Origin: Takakia lepidozioides
Lineage: Eukaryota; Plantae; Bryophyta
NCBI GenBank assembly: GCA_030704615.1
Contig: CM060734.1
Coordinates: 27,962,001 to 28,026,000, forward strand
DNA: 64,000 nt
Direction of reading: 5' to 3'
Shown: piece after piece, positions 49,585 to 63,100 of the stretch
How the letters are laid out: each line of letters begins with the position of its first letter
How positions within the stretch are numbered: position 1 is the stretch's first letter
Position numbers and translations under genes: made by a program
Notes under the pieces: model-generated
The model's input: the letters and a program-made list of their open reading frames with translations, nothing else
What the model was told of the DNA's origin: nothing
The model's database searches: none

Positions 49585-50940
49585 TCACTGCAGAAGTGTA
49601 TGAACATCACCGTACCCCAGAGTACATTGGTGAATATACTTGTCTCGTTTAGGATCACAAAACATCATCTGGAGATAGATGTAGTATAGATGTTTGCATG
49701 GGACATGTTTCCATCTCTTCCCAAGAGAGCTTGAAAGCATGTTTTGGAAATCCGGACACGTGCAATTCGAAAAATTACCAATTGTATTATCATAAATCAT
49801 GTCATGAAGAATAGATCTCGAGGTGACCATGTTGTACACCCGCCCATAGCCTGGAGGAGGGACATCAACAATTTGTGTTACCCGACATTGAAGGGTTCTA
49901 GCAGATTTTACCTTGCACTCGTGATCTGCACCCGGTTCAACTCGACGCACCTGTTTCCCATTTCTTTTGGTGGGCCAATCATTGCCACCTGGAGGACGTA
50001 CACGATTGGCAGAAGGCAAAGGCACTGGGGGGTTCGGGGTAAGCACAACTGCACATCGAGGTAGGCGGGAACCCCGCGTCCTCCAGCATATCAATCTCTT
50101 GTCTTGAAAGAGAGGTTCCCACCTTCACTGGTCACACGGTGGGTGTTCCACGCTTCATACTCACTAAATCACGGACAGTTCCACTCACACATCGTGCAAT
50201 GTCGTAAGGACAGAATCAGAACTTATGGGGCCTGTACTCCGGAGCTCCATATGGTTTGAACAAACCTGTATACGTGGGTGTTGGAGTTCCACAACTGCCT
50301 CTTCTATTTTGGAAGTGCATTTCACAAAAATTGTCGCCTTTATCACTGCACATCCCACTCTTGACCCTTGGGGAGTCCGCTCAATGTGCCAGATGGCATC
50401 GCCGTAGTCGGACTCTTCCACAGGGGCGATGTTGTCCCCTTCTTGTTGGAGTGCTTTCTGGAAAGCACAGCGCGGATTTACTTCCGGAAGAACCCCCTGC
50501 AAATGCACCCACAGAAGCAAAGGAGGGTATGGAAGGAACACAAGGGATGGAGTAATTGTCTCTGTCGTGTCGATGAGAATCTCGATCAGATCCCAGAGGG
50601 GTATCCAGCTTCCGCTTGCAGGAACCAAATCTCTTCTCACCTTCTAGATGTGCAACTAGGGATTACAAAGGTGTTCTCATTGTGCATTCATTGATTGCCC
50701 TTGTCATCTTTGCAAGATCTCCTGATCTGGTTGCAGCCCTCAACATCAATGCTGCCCTATTTGGCCCCTACCACCACCCCGGCCCCTCAAGAAGTCATGA
50801 TACCTTGTTTGCTGTGAAAGTGCACAGACCATGTTGTCAGTGGTTGCAACGTACACTTAGTCCCGACCGGACTTCCCAGATTGCTTCATCCACATACTAT
50901 GCACAGTTTCTGATAGATTGCAGGAGGGCATGTCAGTTAT
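49585..50940 (-). pseudogene. MULE-3: 3' part of a transposase of the MULE-2 subfamily (catalytic-Glu region to SWIM)
   Basis: WPTKRNGK, PPPGYGRVY, SWIM CTCPDFQNML...PCKHLYY, WHIERT; collinear with 21000-22360. Confidence 0.85.
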
Positions 50941-50959
50941 ACCTTCCAGGAACATATAC

Positions 50960-51442
50960 TCCACCACCCACCTCACCATCACCACAACTCACCATTCATT
51001 TCATTGAATTCACATTCTGTCATGATAGATACCCCCACGACTCAATCTTAGAAAAACGTCAAAAATATGCCCGCTTATCCTACCAACATCACCGCCGGTA
51101 CCCAAGGCGACATTCATAACGCCAGTATTAATGCCATTCATGATAATTTCCAAATTCCCATACTCCCCATCCATAAATGCTTCAAAGCAATTCATATCAC
51201 GACACTCCGTTCACTCACAGCTATTATCACCAACAAACGCCAATTGGAATCCGGCGCTTCCATCGCACCCTAGATCCCTCTGGGTACCCAGGGAGTACCG
51301 TTGAATCCCCTATTTTCTACGGTCACCTGGTGTCCCATAGGACACCCTTCTTTTACAGGGCCCACCTCCGAAAGGGGGCAGTAGCTGCAAGGCGAAGTGG
51401 CTCTTAGTTACGCCGGCTTCGGCCGGAGTCTTCTCTCTCTCT
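50960..51442 (+). mobile_element. Short 3' fragment of the RLE LINE, copy 2
   Basis: LTIHFIEFTFCHDRYP...EKRQKY, IHKCFKAIH...ITNKRQLES, the same 3' UTR and a (CT)n tail. Confidence 0.85.
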
Positions 51443-52455
51443 GGTATTGAGAATGTAAAGATTGTTACTGATGATGTAGACCGAGCAACTATAGATTCTC
51501 GTGGTTACTACAAGCTTCACGAGGTTCTAACTTTGGCCCTCTTGCTCAGTGGCTTCGCATGGTAGTTCGGTAGTAGCACTTGGTCTTAGGCCGAGTACTG
51601 GGCTTCACGGCAGGGTAGTCACTTTCCATAAATCGGGTTGCAACTCGGAGGCCGTCGAAAGCTCCGCTTCTCCTCGCCATGACCCGCCAAATTTTTGCCG
51701 GAATCAGTGTCGTCTCCGGCATGTGATTGCTTTGAGTTCAGAATGGCTGGATAATCCACTCCATGCTACATCCCCTGAGCCAAACTTGAAAATTCCAGCT
51801 ATCAATTGTGCATTCTCTTTGTATCCCTACCTGCCATCTATCACCGTTGATTTTTTTTTTTTTCCATTCAAAATTTCTGCTGCTCATTGCATCCAAGCAA
51901 AAGCCTTGTTCTTTTTTCCTACAGGTACACCTAAGCAGTTACATACAAAGGGGCACTAATGAAAACAGATCACTATATGTTGAAATTTGGATACAATTTC
52001 CTGCATTTGGTAGGCAGCAATTGGTCAAAATTTGGAGGGGAACCCAAGGTGGATATTCCATAACACAAGCGCAGTATCAGCAAAGGAGAACATTCATTAT
52101 GAGAGTACTATCCCTCCTGAGGTCTTGAGTAGCTGAGTGCTTACGGCTGCTTTGATTCTAGATAGTCAAGCCACATGCAATAACTCCCCTAGTGGAAGGG
52201 CAAACTTAGAAAGAAACATCGCATCAAGGAAGTTGATATAAAGGGCATCCAAGTGACCTCTGACATGAAATTGCTACGGTGATGTTGAACTTACTCTTGT
52301 CAACATCGAGGCCGACAAGTTGCAAACCGACTTTTTCGCCCAAGGCGCTCGTCTCCGTCGTCGTGGACATGGACTTCACCGTCAGGTAAGTCAACACATT
52401 TGTCTTGCAGACGACAATAGATGCCCTCAAACCTGTGTACACTCGAACTTCATTT

Positions 52456-53710
52456 GAGAGGGAGAGAGATGACTCCGGCCAAAGCCGGCGTAACTAAGAA
52501 CCACTTCACCTTGCGGCTACTGCCCCCTTTCGGGGGTGGGCCCTATAAAACTAGAGGATGCCCAGGGGGCACCCAGTAACCATGGGAAGATGGTGGGTAC
52601 CCCGGGAGGAACCCGGTGGTATCTAAGGGGCCGTGGAGAGGCTGGATTCAAGCTGTCTTTTGTTGGTGATGATAGTAGTGAGGGAGCGGATCGCCGTCAA
52701 GTGGATGGCTTTGAAGCATTTGTGTATGGGGAAATAGGGATTTTGAAGTTTTTGTGGAGAGCAGAGATACTAGCATTATGGATGCCTCCTCTAGTGCCGG
52801 CGGTAATGACGGTCAAGGGGCCAGTGGACCAGCCGCGTCGACGGATTGCAAGGATGAGCGGGGCATATTTTTGGCGTTTTTCTAGTATGGAAGAGCAGGT
52901 TTAACGGTCATTACAATATGTGAATTCAATGAAGTGTATGGTGAGGTTAGGGGAAGGGGTGTTAGGTGGTGGTGCGTTTATGGGCAACCCATACACAAGC
53001 AGTACGTCTGGACAGAGTCTGGCAGGGCAAGTGCAGGGATGGGGTGATCGACAGGAGCATGGTAAAAGCCATGAGGGTATAGTGTGGTCGGGAGGCCTGC
53101 CTTGGTAGGTCCCAGCATTGATGAGTGAGAACCATCGTGTTTCAGACCAGCGAAAGAGAATCTTATGGATGTGCCAGACGGCATGGTTACGTCGAGTGAC
53201 ACGAAGGCCATGAATGACGGGATGTGTGCATTGGCTAAGCAGGTGGGGCCAGGTGTCGCGGGCCGAGTGGGTGCTAGCACAGAGTGGGCAATTTAGGGAG
53301 GGGAAGTGGTGGGGCCAAAAGATGTGTTTTCGCTAGTGGCCCATGTATTATGCGTATCTGAATCTGAGGGTCTGTCGTATTTGAGCATCAGTTGTGAGAT
53401 TAGTATGCCAGAAGTGATTAGACAGCTTATAGTGTAGTACAGAAGATTGCGTCCATTTTTTGATGTATAGTTTAGTGTGACTAGCGGAAGTCGAGGCTTG
53501 TTTGCTAGTTTCTCGAGTAAGGGTGGATGATAGGTTTCGGATAGGACGGGGCTCCAGGGGGCCTGGAACAGGATGGATGAACCAAAATGGGTGGGTATGT
53601 GCAACATGGATGGGGTCCGGCGTGGGGTCCATCAGGGGCCGGATGGCCCCACGCTGGGCAAAGAGGTCAGCCATTTTGTTGCCAGAGATACCAGTGTGTG
53701 AGCGGACTTT
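52456..53710 (-). mobile_element. 3' fragment of the RLE LINE, copy 3
   Basis: KVRSHTGISGNKMAD, HTHPFWF, QIRQTLRFRYA; reverse-complemented 3' UTR and CT-rich tail at 52456-52545. Confidence 0.88.
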
Positions 53711-56700
53711 GGCGGTGTTCGACGTGGATATCCAGTACAAACCGGGACGAGACAACGTGGTGGCCGATGCTTTAAGTAGAAAGCAGCAGCTCTTGTTGGT
53801 GTACAAGGGCGAGACGACGCTCCAAAGGAAGATCCGGAAGGCTTGCCGGAAGGATGAGCTGACGAAGTCCGTGATGCAGGACTTGAGGATGGGGGTTAAA
53901 TCGCAGTTCCACTTGCAAAATGGACTCCTCCGGTATAAGCAAAAACGTCTCTACGTGTCAAAGGGAGGGATCAGAGATAGCCTCTTGAGAGAATGCCATG
54001 ATAGCCCGCTTGCGGGCCACGGCGGAGCCAAGCGCACTGCGGCACTCTTGAAGAAAGAGTATTTCTGGCCCAAACTGAGGGAGGAGGCAGAGGAGTATGT
54101 CAAGACATGCACCACATGCCAACAAAACCGGAGCGAGTATAAAAAGCAAACGGGGCTGTTACAACCCTTGCCGATTCCAGAGGGGACTTGGGAAAGCGTC
54201 TCGATGGATTTCATGACTGCTATGCCGCTGTCAAAAGGGTTCGATGCAATCATGGTGGTGGTGGATAGGTTCAGTAAAATGGGCCATTTCATCCCCACCA
54301 AGGAGACGGCAACGGCGCAGGAGACAGGGCGACTTTATTTCGCCCATGTCTTAAAGCATCATGGAGTCCCGAAGGATATTGTCTCGGACCACGATCCAAA
54401 GTTTACGAGTAAATTTTGGAGGGCACTTTGGAAGAAGATGGGGACGAGGCTGAAGATGAGCACCGCCTTCCGACCTACGACGGACGGCCAAACGGAAAGA
54501 GTGAATTGCATAGTGAAGCAATTCTTGCGGAATTACGTGTCGGCAGACCAGTCAGACTGGATGGAACACTTAGACGCGGCAGAGTTCTGTTATAATAACA
54601 CAGAACACTCCGCAACGGGAGTTTCCCCTTTCGTATTGGTCTATGGAAAAGCACCTCTGGTGCCGACAAGTTGGGCCGCCGAGGACGTTGAGGAACCGGC
54701 AGTAGCGGCGGTACTAGAAGAACGCGAGCATTTGTTGAAGCTCGCAAAGTACAATATTGCCAAAGCTAGGAAACGGTATGAAAGGCAGGCGAATCGGAAG
54801 CGGAGGGAAGTGAAGTTTGAGGCAGGCACAGAGGTCTGGTTGAACATCAAGAATTTCCGACTACCTCCGGAAGTGAGTCCGAAGTTCGTACCTCCGTATG
54901 CGGGACCCTTTCGCATTCGGAAGGTTATGAATGAGGATGTGTATGAATTGGAGCTGCCGGCAAACAGTAAGGTGCACCCAGTATTCCATGTATCCCTTTT
55001 GAAGCCTTACTTCAAAGATGACGCGCGTCCAAATCGGCATCAAGTGTTGCGTCCACCACCTATGTTGTTGGATCATGAAAATGAACCTGAGTACGAGGTG
55101 GAGGCAATACTTAAGTCGAGGAGGTTCAGGAACCGAGAAACGGAGTATCTCGTCAAATGGAAGGGCTATCATCATGTCGAGGCATCTTGGGTGCGTGCCT
55201 CAGAAATGGGAAAAACATCCGAGGCGGTTGCAGCTTTCGAAGGGCGACCTCAAAAGCGGAAGAAGCGTTGATGGGGACATCAACCTTGGAGCGTGGGGGA
55301 GGAAATGCATGCTTAGCCCGGCTTAGCTAGCTCAGGAATCCAATTGCAAAAACTTGTATTGTACAAAATTTGCTTTAAATGAAATGTTTCAAAATGTTGT
55401 GCTTCTTATTTTTGTCTGGAATGGCGATGCATGGTATGGTGGCTAGTGTGTAGAAGGCATGCTAGCTTACAAAAGCGGGAGAGGTAAATTGGGTTAATCG
55501 TGTGTTTGCGCAGTGCCAAAATCGGGTGACTCCCATCCAAGGGGCAAGGAAACTTGCGCCTTCTTTGGGAGTTGACGTGCTAGTGCGCACCTGGCGCGTG
55601 CGCGTACTATAACTGCGCTACCGAGGGGGTTGTCTTGTAGTGTGGGCTAACGTGGAAGCTACGTGCTTCCGTTCACGTACTATAATCGTGTAGCCTCGGG
55701 ACGAAGTCGTAGTGCGGCTTCGGCGTGTTCCCGTACCTCAGGCCAGCATTCCAAGGCGGACCCAATTGTAGTGATTGGGGCGCACGGTTGGTTCAAGGTT
55801 ATCTTCCTAGTCAAAGAGGGTTCCAGGTGAACCCTTGCTCAAGGTGATGCCAAAAGCGGCATCATGAGCAATCGCAAGCAATGTTGTTGCAGTAAGGCGA
55901 TTCGATCCTCGGGGAGGATCGTTCCTTGGCCTTGAAGTAGGCCAAGAAGAGTGCACTGGGAGGAGCTGGAGAGGCTCCACCCTTGGCCGGGACTTGGAGG
56001 AAGTCGGCCGAACTAGCTAGTGGAGAGTAGAGTCAAGTGTGGGGTTTGGTTCTTTGTCATGGGACGCCATGGTACGGAAACAAACTCCTTGATGTGGGAC
56101 GCCACAACTTGGATATTCGTTTCTACAAAATGAACAAGTCGATGAGGACATCGACTCCCTGTTGGTAGGGGTGTGTGTCGCGGCCCTTTGCCTTGAGGGA
56201 AAGGGGGTCGGGACACATGAGGGGTTGCCCCTGTGGTGGGGGCAGCGGCAGCGATAGGTATGGGGGGCTGAAGCACCCTTGAGTGCCCAAGGCACCCAAG
56301 GAGGCGGAGGCGCTCACTAGGTGGAGCCCCGCACACCGGGTTGCGGTGGGGGTGGCTCCACAAGGGTGGTGGTAGCTTAGCGGGACTTAGTGGGGGTGGC
56401 ATAGGACTCACCATGGGGGCGGAGACCTCGTGGTGGGAGTCGTGGGGAGTCTTGGGACTCATCACGGTCCATAGGGGCCGTGGTGAGCGGGCCAAGACTC
56501 ACCGCGACTCATCACCGGGAGTCGAGGGTTTTCGTGGTGGTTCGCCATAAAATGGCATGGCTGGTTGTGAAACCCCCGCGGACAGCTACAGAAGTATATA
56601 TAAGGGGAGTAGTGACCCCGAGAATGGTGCAAGCCCGTTGGTGACCAAAAACTAGTGAGTAAGCGAGCGAGCCGGAAAGCGACCAAAGAGTGGGGAGCTG

Positions 56701-56904
56701 TTCCGGACTGCCATCTACCAAAGGGAATTCTCCTAGTCCCAAATAGGTGGAGGGGTTTAGCGGGAAGCGAAGGGGGACCGTTATGTCCCGGTGAGCAGCC
56801 GAAGCTCCAAGTTGGCCCGGGCGGCCAGGTTGGGAGTCAGGCGCGCGCATCAAAGCGAGTAATTATGGCTTGAAGGGGAGCTTACCGAAGTGAGGTGCGC
56901 GACA
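53711..56904 (+). mobile_element. 5'-truncated chromovirus, copy 2 (open RH-end/integrase/chromodomain frame to 55271; LTR 56176-56904)
   Basis: FDVDIQYKPGRDNVVADALSR through integrase and chromodomain without stops; LTR TGTCGCG...CGCGACA. Confidence 0.94.
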
Positions 56905-58396
56905 GTTAGTCTCCCTCTTTCCCAAGCTCCCACTACTCCTTTGTTAGTAGGACCAAGCTAGGGTTAGTTCAAAGGTCTCCAACCACAATGGACAAACCAA
57001 AAACACAAAATGCAAACAAAAATGGACAAAGGGCTAAGAACTTTCTCTCCACTCAAAAGTTGCTTCACTTGGCTAAGTGGGCTACCAAAACTTAGATGGA
57101 AGGGGTAGTGCTCACCTCTCCTATGGGGTTTGTTGCTCCTACCTCCTCTTCACACTCCAAGGGCTCACCACACTCTCAAATGACACACACACTTTGCTTT
57201 TTGGAGAAGTCTATCTCTTTTTCCACTTCAAATGGCTCTTGGCCTTACACACTAGGCGCCTAAGGTATCCCTAGTCTTCCTAGCACCAATTAGTGGCTTC
57301 ATCCAAGCTTGCCTAAAACAACTAGGTTAAGCTCTAAGCCAACAAGCAAACTAGGACTTCACAAAAGCTAGTTGCATAAGGCAAAGAAAGCTTCTTAAGC
57401 TAGCTCTCTAAGCAACTAACTAACAAGCAACTAACAAGCAAAAAAACAAGAGTGAAGTGGTGAGCAAGCTCACCTCCTAAGCTACTTATACTAGAAAAAC
57501 TATAAAGAAATAATGGATGACATCCAAAATCCTTGGATGGAAAAGGCTATCAACCACTTTTTGGTTGGTAGGTGGAAAATTTCATCCAACCAGCTATTTG
57601 GGGGCGGTGCTAGATATTTGTGGCCCAAAAATCCCCTTCAAATGAATTTTCTGTGGCCACGGGCGCCCGAAAACCTCAAAAATAGTGAATTATTGATAAC
57701 TTCATCCAAAAATATTGAAACTTGGCCAAAAATTCCCTTGTGATATGCTTGAAACGCCCACAAAACTTCAGGTCTATGTGGTTGCACCATCCACCATAAA
57801 AAATCAACAAACGCCAAAACGCCGTGAAAACACCGCTTTCAACGCATAGCATATTTTTGGGTTGTGAACAGATCGACGCTTGGGCCTGAAATTCCTCCCA
57901 CATAATTTTATATCACTTTTAACCACAAATTAAAAATCCCTCCCCAAACAACGCTCGATTCCGGCTTCGTCTTGTTCGCTGAAGGTACTTAACACAGCAA
58001 AATCCCAATCGGCCGCTACCGCTGGATAAACCTCTTTAGGATTTTTTGTAGGAGACCAAGACTCCTTGGAAGCTCCTTGAATTGAATTCACGCTAAAAAG
58101 TGGAAATTCCCTCCTGGGAAAAAGAGATCACTGCCGGCAGTTTGCTGCTTGCCGCACTGCATTGTTTGTTTGCATGAATGAACTAAAACACAGGGGAACC
58201 CATGCTTGATCCCTGTCACTGACATATCCGAGCATGAAAATGAAATCGTATCATAGCATGTGTGCTCCACGCCTCCAGCGTCTTCATGAACTGCATTGGA
58301 GGAACGTGAAAATTTCTACCTGTACATTGCGAGACTGTTGTCAACCGTGTCGTTTAAAGCACAGCCTCATCGGGCGTTTTCTTCTGAAGGCCAAAC

Positions 58397-59121
58397 TGTT
58401 GCGCACCTCACTTCGGTAAGCTCCCCTTCAAGTCATAGTTACTCGCTTTGATGCGCGCGCCTGACTCCCAACCCGGCCGCCCGGGCCGACTTGGAGCTTC
58501 GGCTGCTCACCGGGACATAACGGTCCCCCTTCACTACCCTCTCGACCCTCCACCTATTTGGGACTAGGAGAATTCCCTTTGGTAGATGGCAGTCCGGAAC
58601 AGCTCCCCACTCTTTGGTCGCTTTCCGGCTCGCTCGCTTACTCACTAGTTTTTGGTCACCAACGGGCTTACACCGTTCTCGGGGTTACTACTCCCTATAT
58701 ATACTTCTGTAGCTGTCCACAGGGGTTTCACAACCAGCCATGCCATTTTATGGCGAACCACCACGGAGACCCTCGATTCCCGGTGGTGAGTCGCGGTGAG
58801 TCTTGGCCCACTCACCGCAGCCCCAATGGACCGTGATGAGTCCCAAGACTCCCCACGACTCCCACCACGAGGTCTCCACCCCATGGTGAGTCCTATGCCA
58901 CCCCCACTAAGTCCCGCTAAGCTACCACCACCCCTTGTGGAGCCACCCCCACCGCAACCCGGTGTGCGGGGCTCCACCTAGTGAGTGCCTCCGCCTCCTT
59001 GAGTGCCTTGGGCACTCAAGGGTGCTTCAGCCCCCCATACCTATCGCCGCTGCTGCCCCCACCACAGGGGCAGCCCCTCATGTGTCCCGACCCCCTGCCC
59101 TCAAGGCAAAGGGCCGCGACA
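58397..59121 (-). mobile_element. Solo LTR of the chromovirus family with 5-bp TSD CAAAC
   Basis: Reverse complement of the 56176-56904 LTR; CAAAC at 58392-58396 and 59122-59126. Confidence 0.95.
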
Positions 59122-60188
59122 CAAACACTCATTGTTTGCCTTTGCTTTGAATAGTGATCGGACGTTGAGGTGAGGAACATGTAGACCGTTGCTTGCAGTC
59201 ATTTAATTGGCCCCTAGATGTTCGAACGGACGATTGGAATCGCACGCCTTCAACTGCTGCTCCTTGCAGGTACCCTAGTCGTATAAACTCCTGAGCGCTT
59301 TGGCTTCATGGACGTCGCAGACTCTTCCATTTGCGGGCCATACCAGTAGTTGTGTTGATGTTCGCCGTTTCTGATACAAATGGTCATAGTTCTTCACTCT
59401 GTGTACAATTCGGTTTTCCTGGCTCAAAAACACTCAAAAAATAGTCCGCGTGTCTTTTAATGCACCTACACCTACCTCCTAGTTAGTCCTCACTTTAGAT
59501 CACGCACTGCATCTCTCTCTTAGTCCTCCGATCATCCCCCTCATGTCACCCTCTGCATCCTCATCTTCTCTCACCTCACTCAGCTAGCTAGTTTGCTAGA
59601 GTCATGGGGAAGTTTCCCCCCAGTCAGCCTTCACGGCCGAAAACAATGGTTATTTTTTCCACTGATGTCACAATCTCTTCTATTAATTTGATTAAAAGGG
59701 CCTCCGTCCTCTTTCATTAAAAAATAAATAAAAATGCAGTGTTGCCAGCTTGTAGAGAGGATGCATGTCAAATGATGTGTTGCGCACAGAAGCTGGAGCG
59801 ATCATGTGGTCAAGAGCGTGGTGCTAGGTGGTGCTAAGAAGATGATATTTGCACCATAATTTCATTGAAATTTTGTTAGCGATACTGGTGGGGCTTCGTT
59901 GGGGCAACCAAAGAGGATCCTAATGATAAGACCGTTGTTGGTCAAGACCGCCAGTCTACAGTAGGGAGTCAAATCTCAGCATGAGGATGGCCTCGACGTG
60001 CATATATATGATTATGAGATCTGCCCCATCATCATTCGAATTGACACATCCATTGTCAAAGCATCCTCTCCATCACACCTTTTGCATTGGCGTACACTCG
60101 CGAGACATCCCAAGTCTGCAAGTTCAGCATCTGAGGCAGCTCTTTGTTGCTGTGCTGGAGTGTGACTATAACTACAGGACCCTCTGCA

Positions 60189-63100
60189 ATGGCAGAATTG
60201 CCCGCAGACAGGCCCCAGAGTGCAGCTCCAGTTGAGGATGCTCCAGCTGCTCAGCCACTACCGGCACCTACAGACATGTCTCCGGAGGATTTCAAAAGTG
60301 CAGCGGATAAAATGTTGGAGGAGACACACAGTAGCATTGGCAGAGTTCTGGGCAGCAGGGTATTCCAGCGGACTCTTCGAATCCCACTCTGTCGCATGGT
60401 CTCCTTCCCATCGTCAGGCAGGCCTTCCCGGAGATGTGGATAAGCTGAAGTTCGCATTTCGAGAAGGGTACCGTCTGGGATCGGTAGCGTTTTACGTTTC
60501 CATTGAGAATGAGGACGGCGAAACTCGTGGACCCACTGCCAATGAATTGTCAACGTGGGATACTCACTAGCACACTCGCAACGACGAATTCGAGGCGACG
60601 CTGAAGGGTGATCCAGACTTCGGCCATATGTCTGGTAAAATGTTCTTTGTGGGACGGGAATCACCGACTTCTCGCCTGGTGGGAGTACATCAAGCAGAAC
60701 CATGCCAAGCACATTGGCTGGCATTACATGGTGGAGTGTGTCATCCTCAAGGTGAAGGCGGGCAGACTCCTCCCTGCTCAAGAATGCCATGGCGGACCTC
60801 AACTCGTAAGATACTCATACCCTCCCTAGCACGTTCGAAATGCGGTGCCGCATTTCGGTTTCCATTCTGGTTTGTTTCCGTGCTTCCGTGTACTGAACTG
60901 GAGAGTGTGCCTTGCAGGGTCACTGAGAATGCGTACGTGCATACCCACATGGCACATATGCTGTACAGGGTGAGGAAAACTGGTCTCACTGATCCGCAGA
61001 TGTTTGCGGAAATGCTGGAGCCCGAGCTCATCAGAAAGCCGTTGCAAAAACAGACCGGACATGGTATCGTCTCACTAGGATGGAATGGTGGAGGTGATAT
61101 ACGGAGTAAGTCGTCCTCCAATTTCCCTCTGCTCATCCTTCCCCAATTACAGTAATCTTTCCATGAATTGAATGTAACGCTTCTGCATGTTTTTGTTGGC
61201 AGTCAAACATCAAGCTGGATTTGGCCCATGCCAAACGCTTCTTGATGGAAAGTGAGGGGCAGGTCAAAACGTTGCAGTCATTGACTGAGCACTTGAAGGA
61301 AGCCGGTGTCAAGTCCAGAACCAAATACAAGTCAAAGCTTGTGAAGCTGGTGGCAATTGCAGATCCGGCACTTGGAAAGGACTTCCCCGAGATTGCAAAA
61401 CCACTATTCTCGGGCCATGCAGCCGACCATGCAATTGGAGAAACTGCATCACCTCTCAACGGCATGTGTGGAGGCGAGAAAGAGAAGGTGAGGTTTCAAT
61501 GCACTGAAGTTCCTTCGTAGCAATAGCCACTCTCTTCCAGCTCCTGACATGGATCGGAAATGGCAAACACGGTGGCTGTCGATCTGGAATGCATCCGAGA
61601 GCATAAGGACAATGTGGTCTTTTCCACTCGAAGTTTCCGACCCTGCAGTGGATGTGTGGCTCAACCGTATGACTTGGTGGTTCCAGGTAATTCAAAGGTA
61701 CTTCCCCAGATTTGCTTTTCTGAAATGAATTCCCTGAACTGCTACGTGACAATGCATTTGGGAATCGCAGGTAATGTCGAATGCGAAGGAGCAAGTCGTT
61801 AATGACACAAATTCGTTCGGCTTGTACGTCAAATGGGAGGAACACAGGACATTGGAAGACTACGTGACACGTTTCAGATGTGAGTACAAGGACAACCTCT
61901 TCGCCAGAGAGCTACAGACAGCAAGAAGGAGCGTTGGAGTTTACACATCAGGAGGGAGCGGGGAAAGCTGCAATGCGAATTGTTTACAGGTGGCGGTATT
62001 GTTGACGAGTCTGTGAAAGAGCTGCACGCATTGGCAGAAGAGAAGAGAAAGGAAAGACGTTTGTCCCTGCTGGCCAAAGTTGGCAAAGGAATCTGCTGCT
62101 CTGGAAGAATCCAGGAAAGGCAGCTGAGATGGCACAAAGACGGTGGATGCAGCGTGCAGGCCCAATAGAAGGGATCGAAGAAGAGGACTCGCCAGCAAGG
62201 AGCAGCTGTTGTGACACCCGCCAAAACGAAGAAGCAGAAAAGAAGCAGAAAAGCCTGTTCAGGAAGAGGGTGAGGAAGAGGACTCCGATGGAGACTTTGC
62301 AACCAGCCCACCCCCCAAACGCAGGCTGCATCCCCTGTGCCCACGTGTCACGAGAATTGTGCACACGAGAGAATTGGCTCGGCAAAGAAAGAAGGCACTC
62401 TTTCAACCCCAAGGGGGGAACCTTTCGAGCCGGTGGAAATGAAGAGGGCCGAAAGTGGCTCCCGAAACAGTTCCAGTGTGTAAATGAGAGTTTCTTGGCG
62501 GCTTTAGATGGACGGGCAGCCAAGTTGGCATACATGAAGACCATGGAGGGTCTGAAGGGCAGAGCAAGATAGAAGGCGACTGCCGAAGAGCCTTTCGACA
62601 CCCCAGGATTTCAGAATAGGTCTCGTTCTTTGAGAGGGTGTGTGCAACAAGGATTGTAGGGAGGGGCGATAAAATGCCAACGAAGTGGTCTGCGATATGA
62701 TCATCTTGGAATTCCGGACGGAGAGCTTGTGGAAGGACTGCAAGTTTTGCCATCTTGGAACAGGTACTCGGAGGACTTTGGAAGAAAGGATTCGGGCTTG
62801 CCCGCATGGTGTGGACGACAGAGGCTGGTGGTTGTCCTGGCGAGCAGAGGAAAAAAAAAACACCTCAGACAGGAATTGCGAAGTGGACCCGGCAAGAGCG
62901 CCGTCCCGATTCGAAAAAAGAAAGTGGAGGAATGCACACTGGCACTCGTCCATTCATTTGCTTGGGTGTTTTCAAATGCGGTGCCGCATTCGGTTTCTAA
63001 TCGTTCCCCCCTGTGTATGCAGATGAAGCAGTTCGATGCATACTGCTTTGTGAAGGAGAACTCCACCTTTGCTTTCCGGAAGGAGGGAGGAAAGGTTGAC

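Noticed and set aside
51375-51400. SSU rRNA helix-27-like fragment (GGGG..AGTA.GCC-GCAA-GG)
   Set aside because: The similarity covers only ~25 nt of a common loop-E/GNRA module inside the LINE 3' UTR; no other rRNA sequence flanks it.
53502-53710. N-terminus of the 589-aa ORF as part of chromovirus pol
   Set aside because: These ~70 codons are the antisense strand of LINE copy 3, so the ORF is a chance chimera.
56905-58390. Additional LTR-element leader, or a transposase upstream of the ParB-MTase gene
   Set aside because: Repeat-like composition, but no recognisable domain, terminus or second copy in the window.
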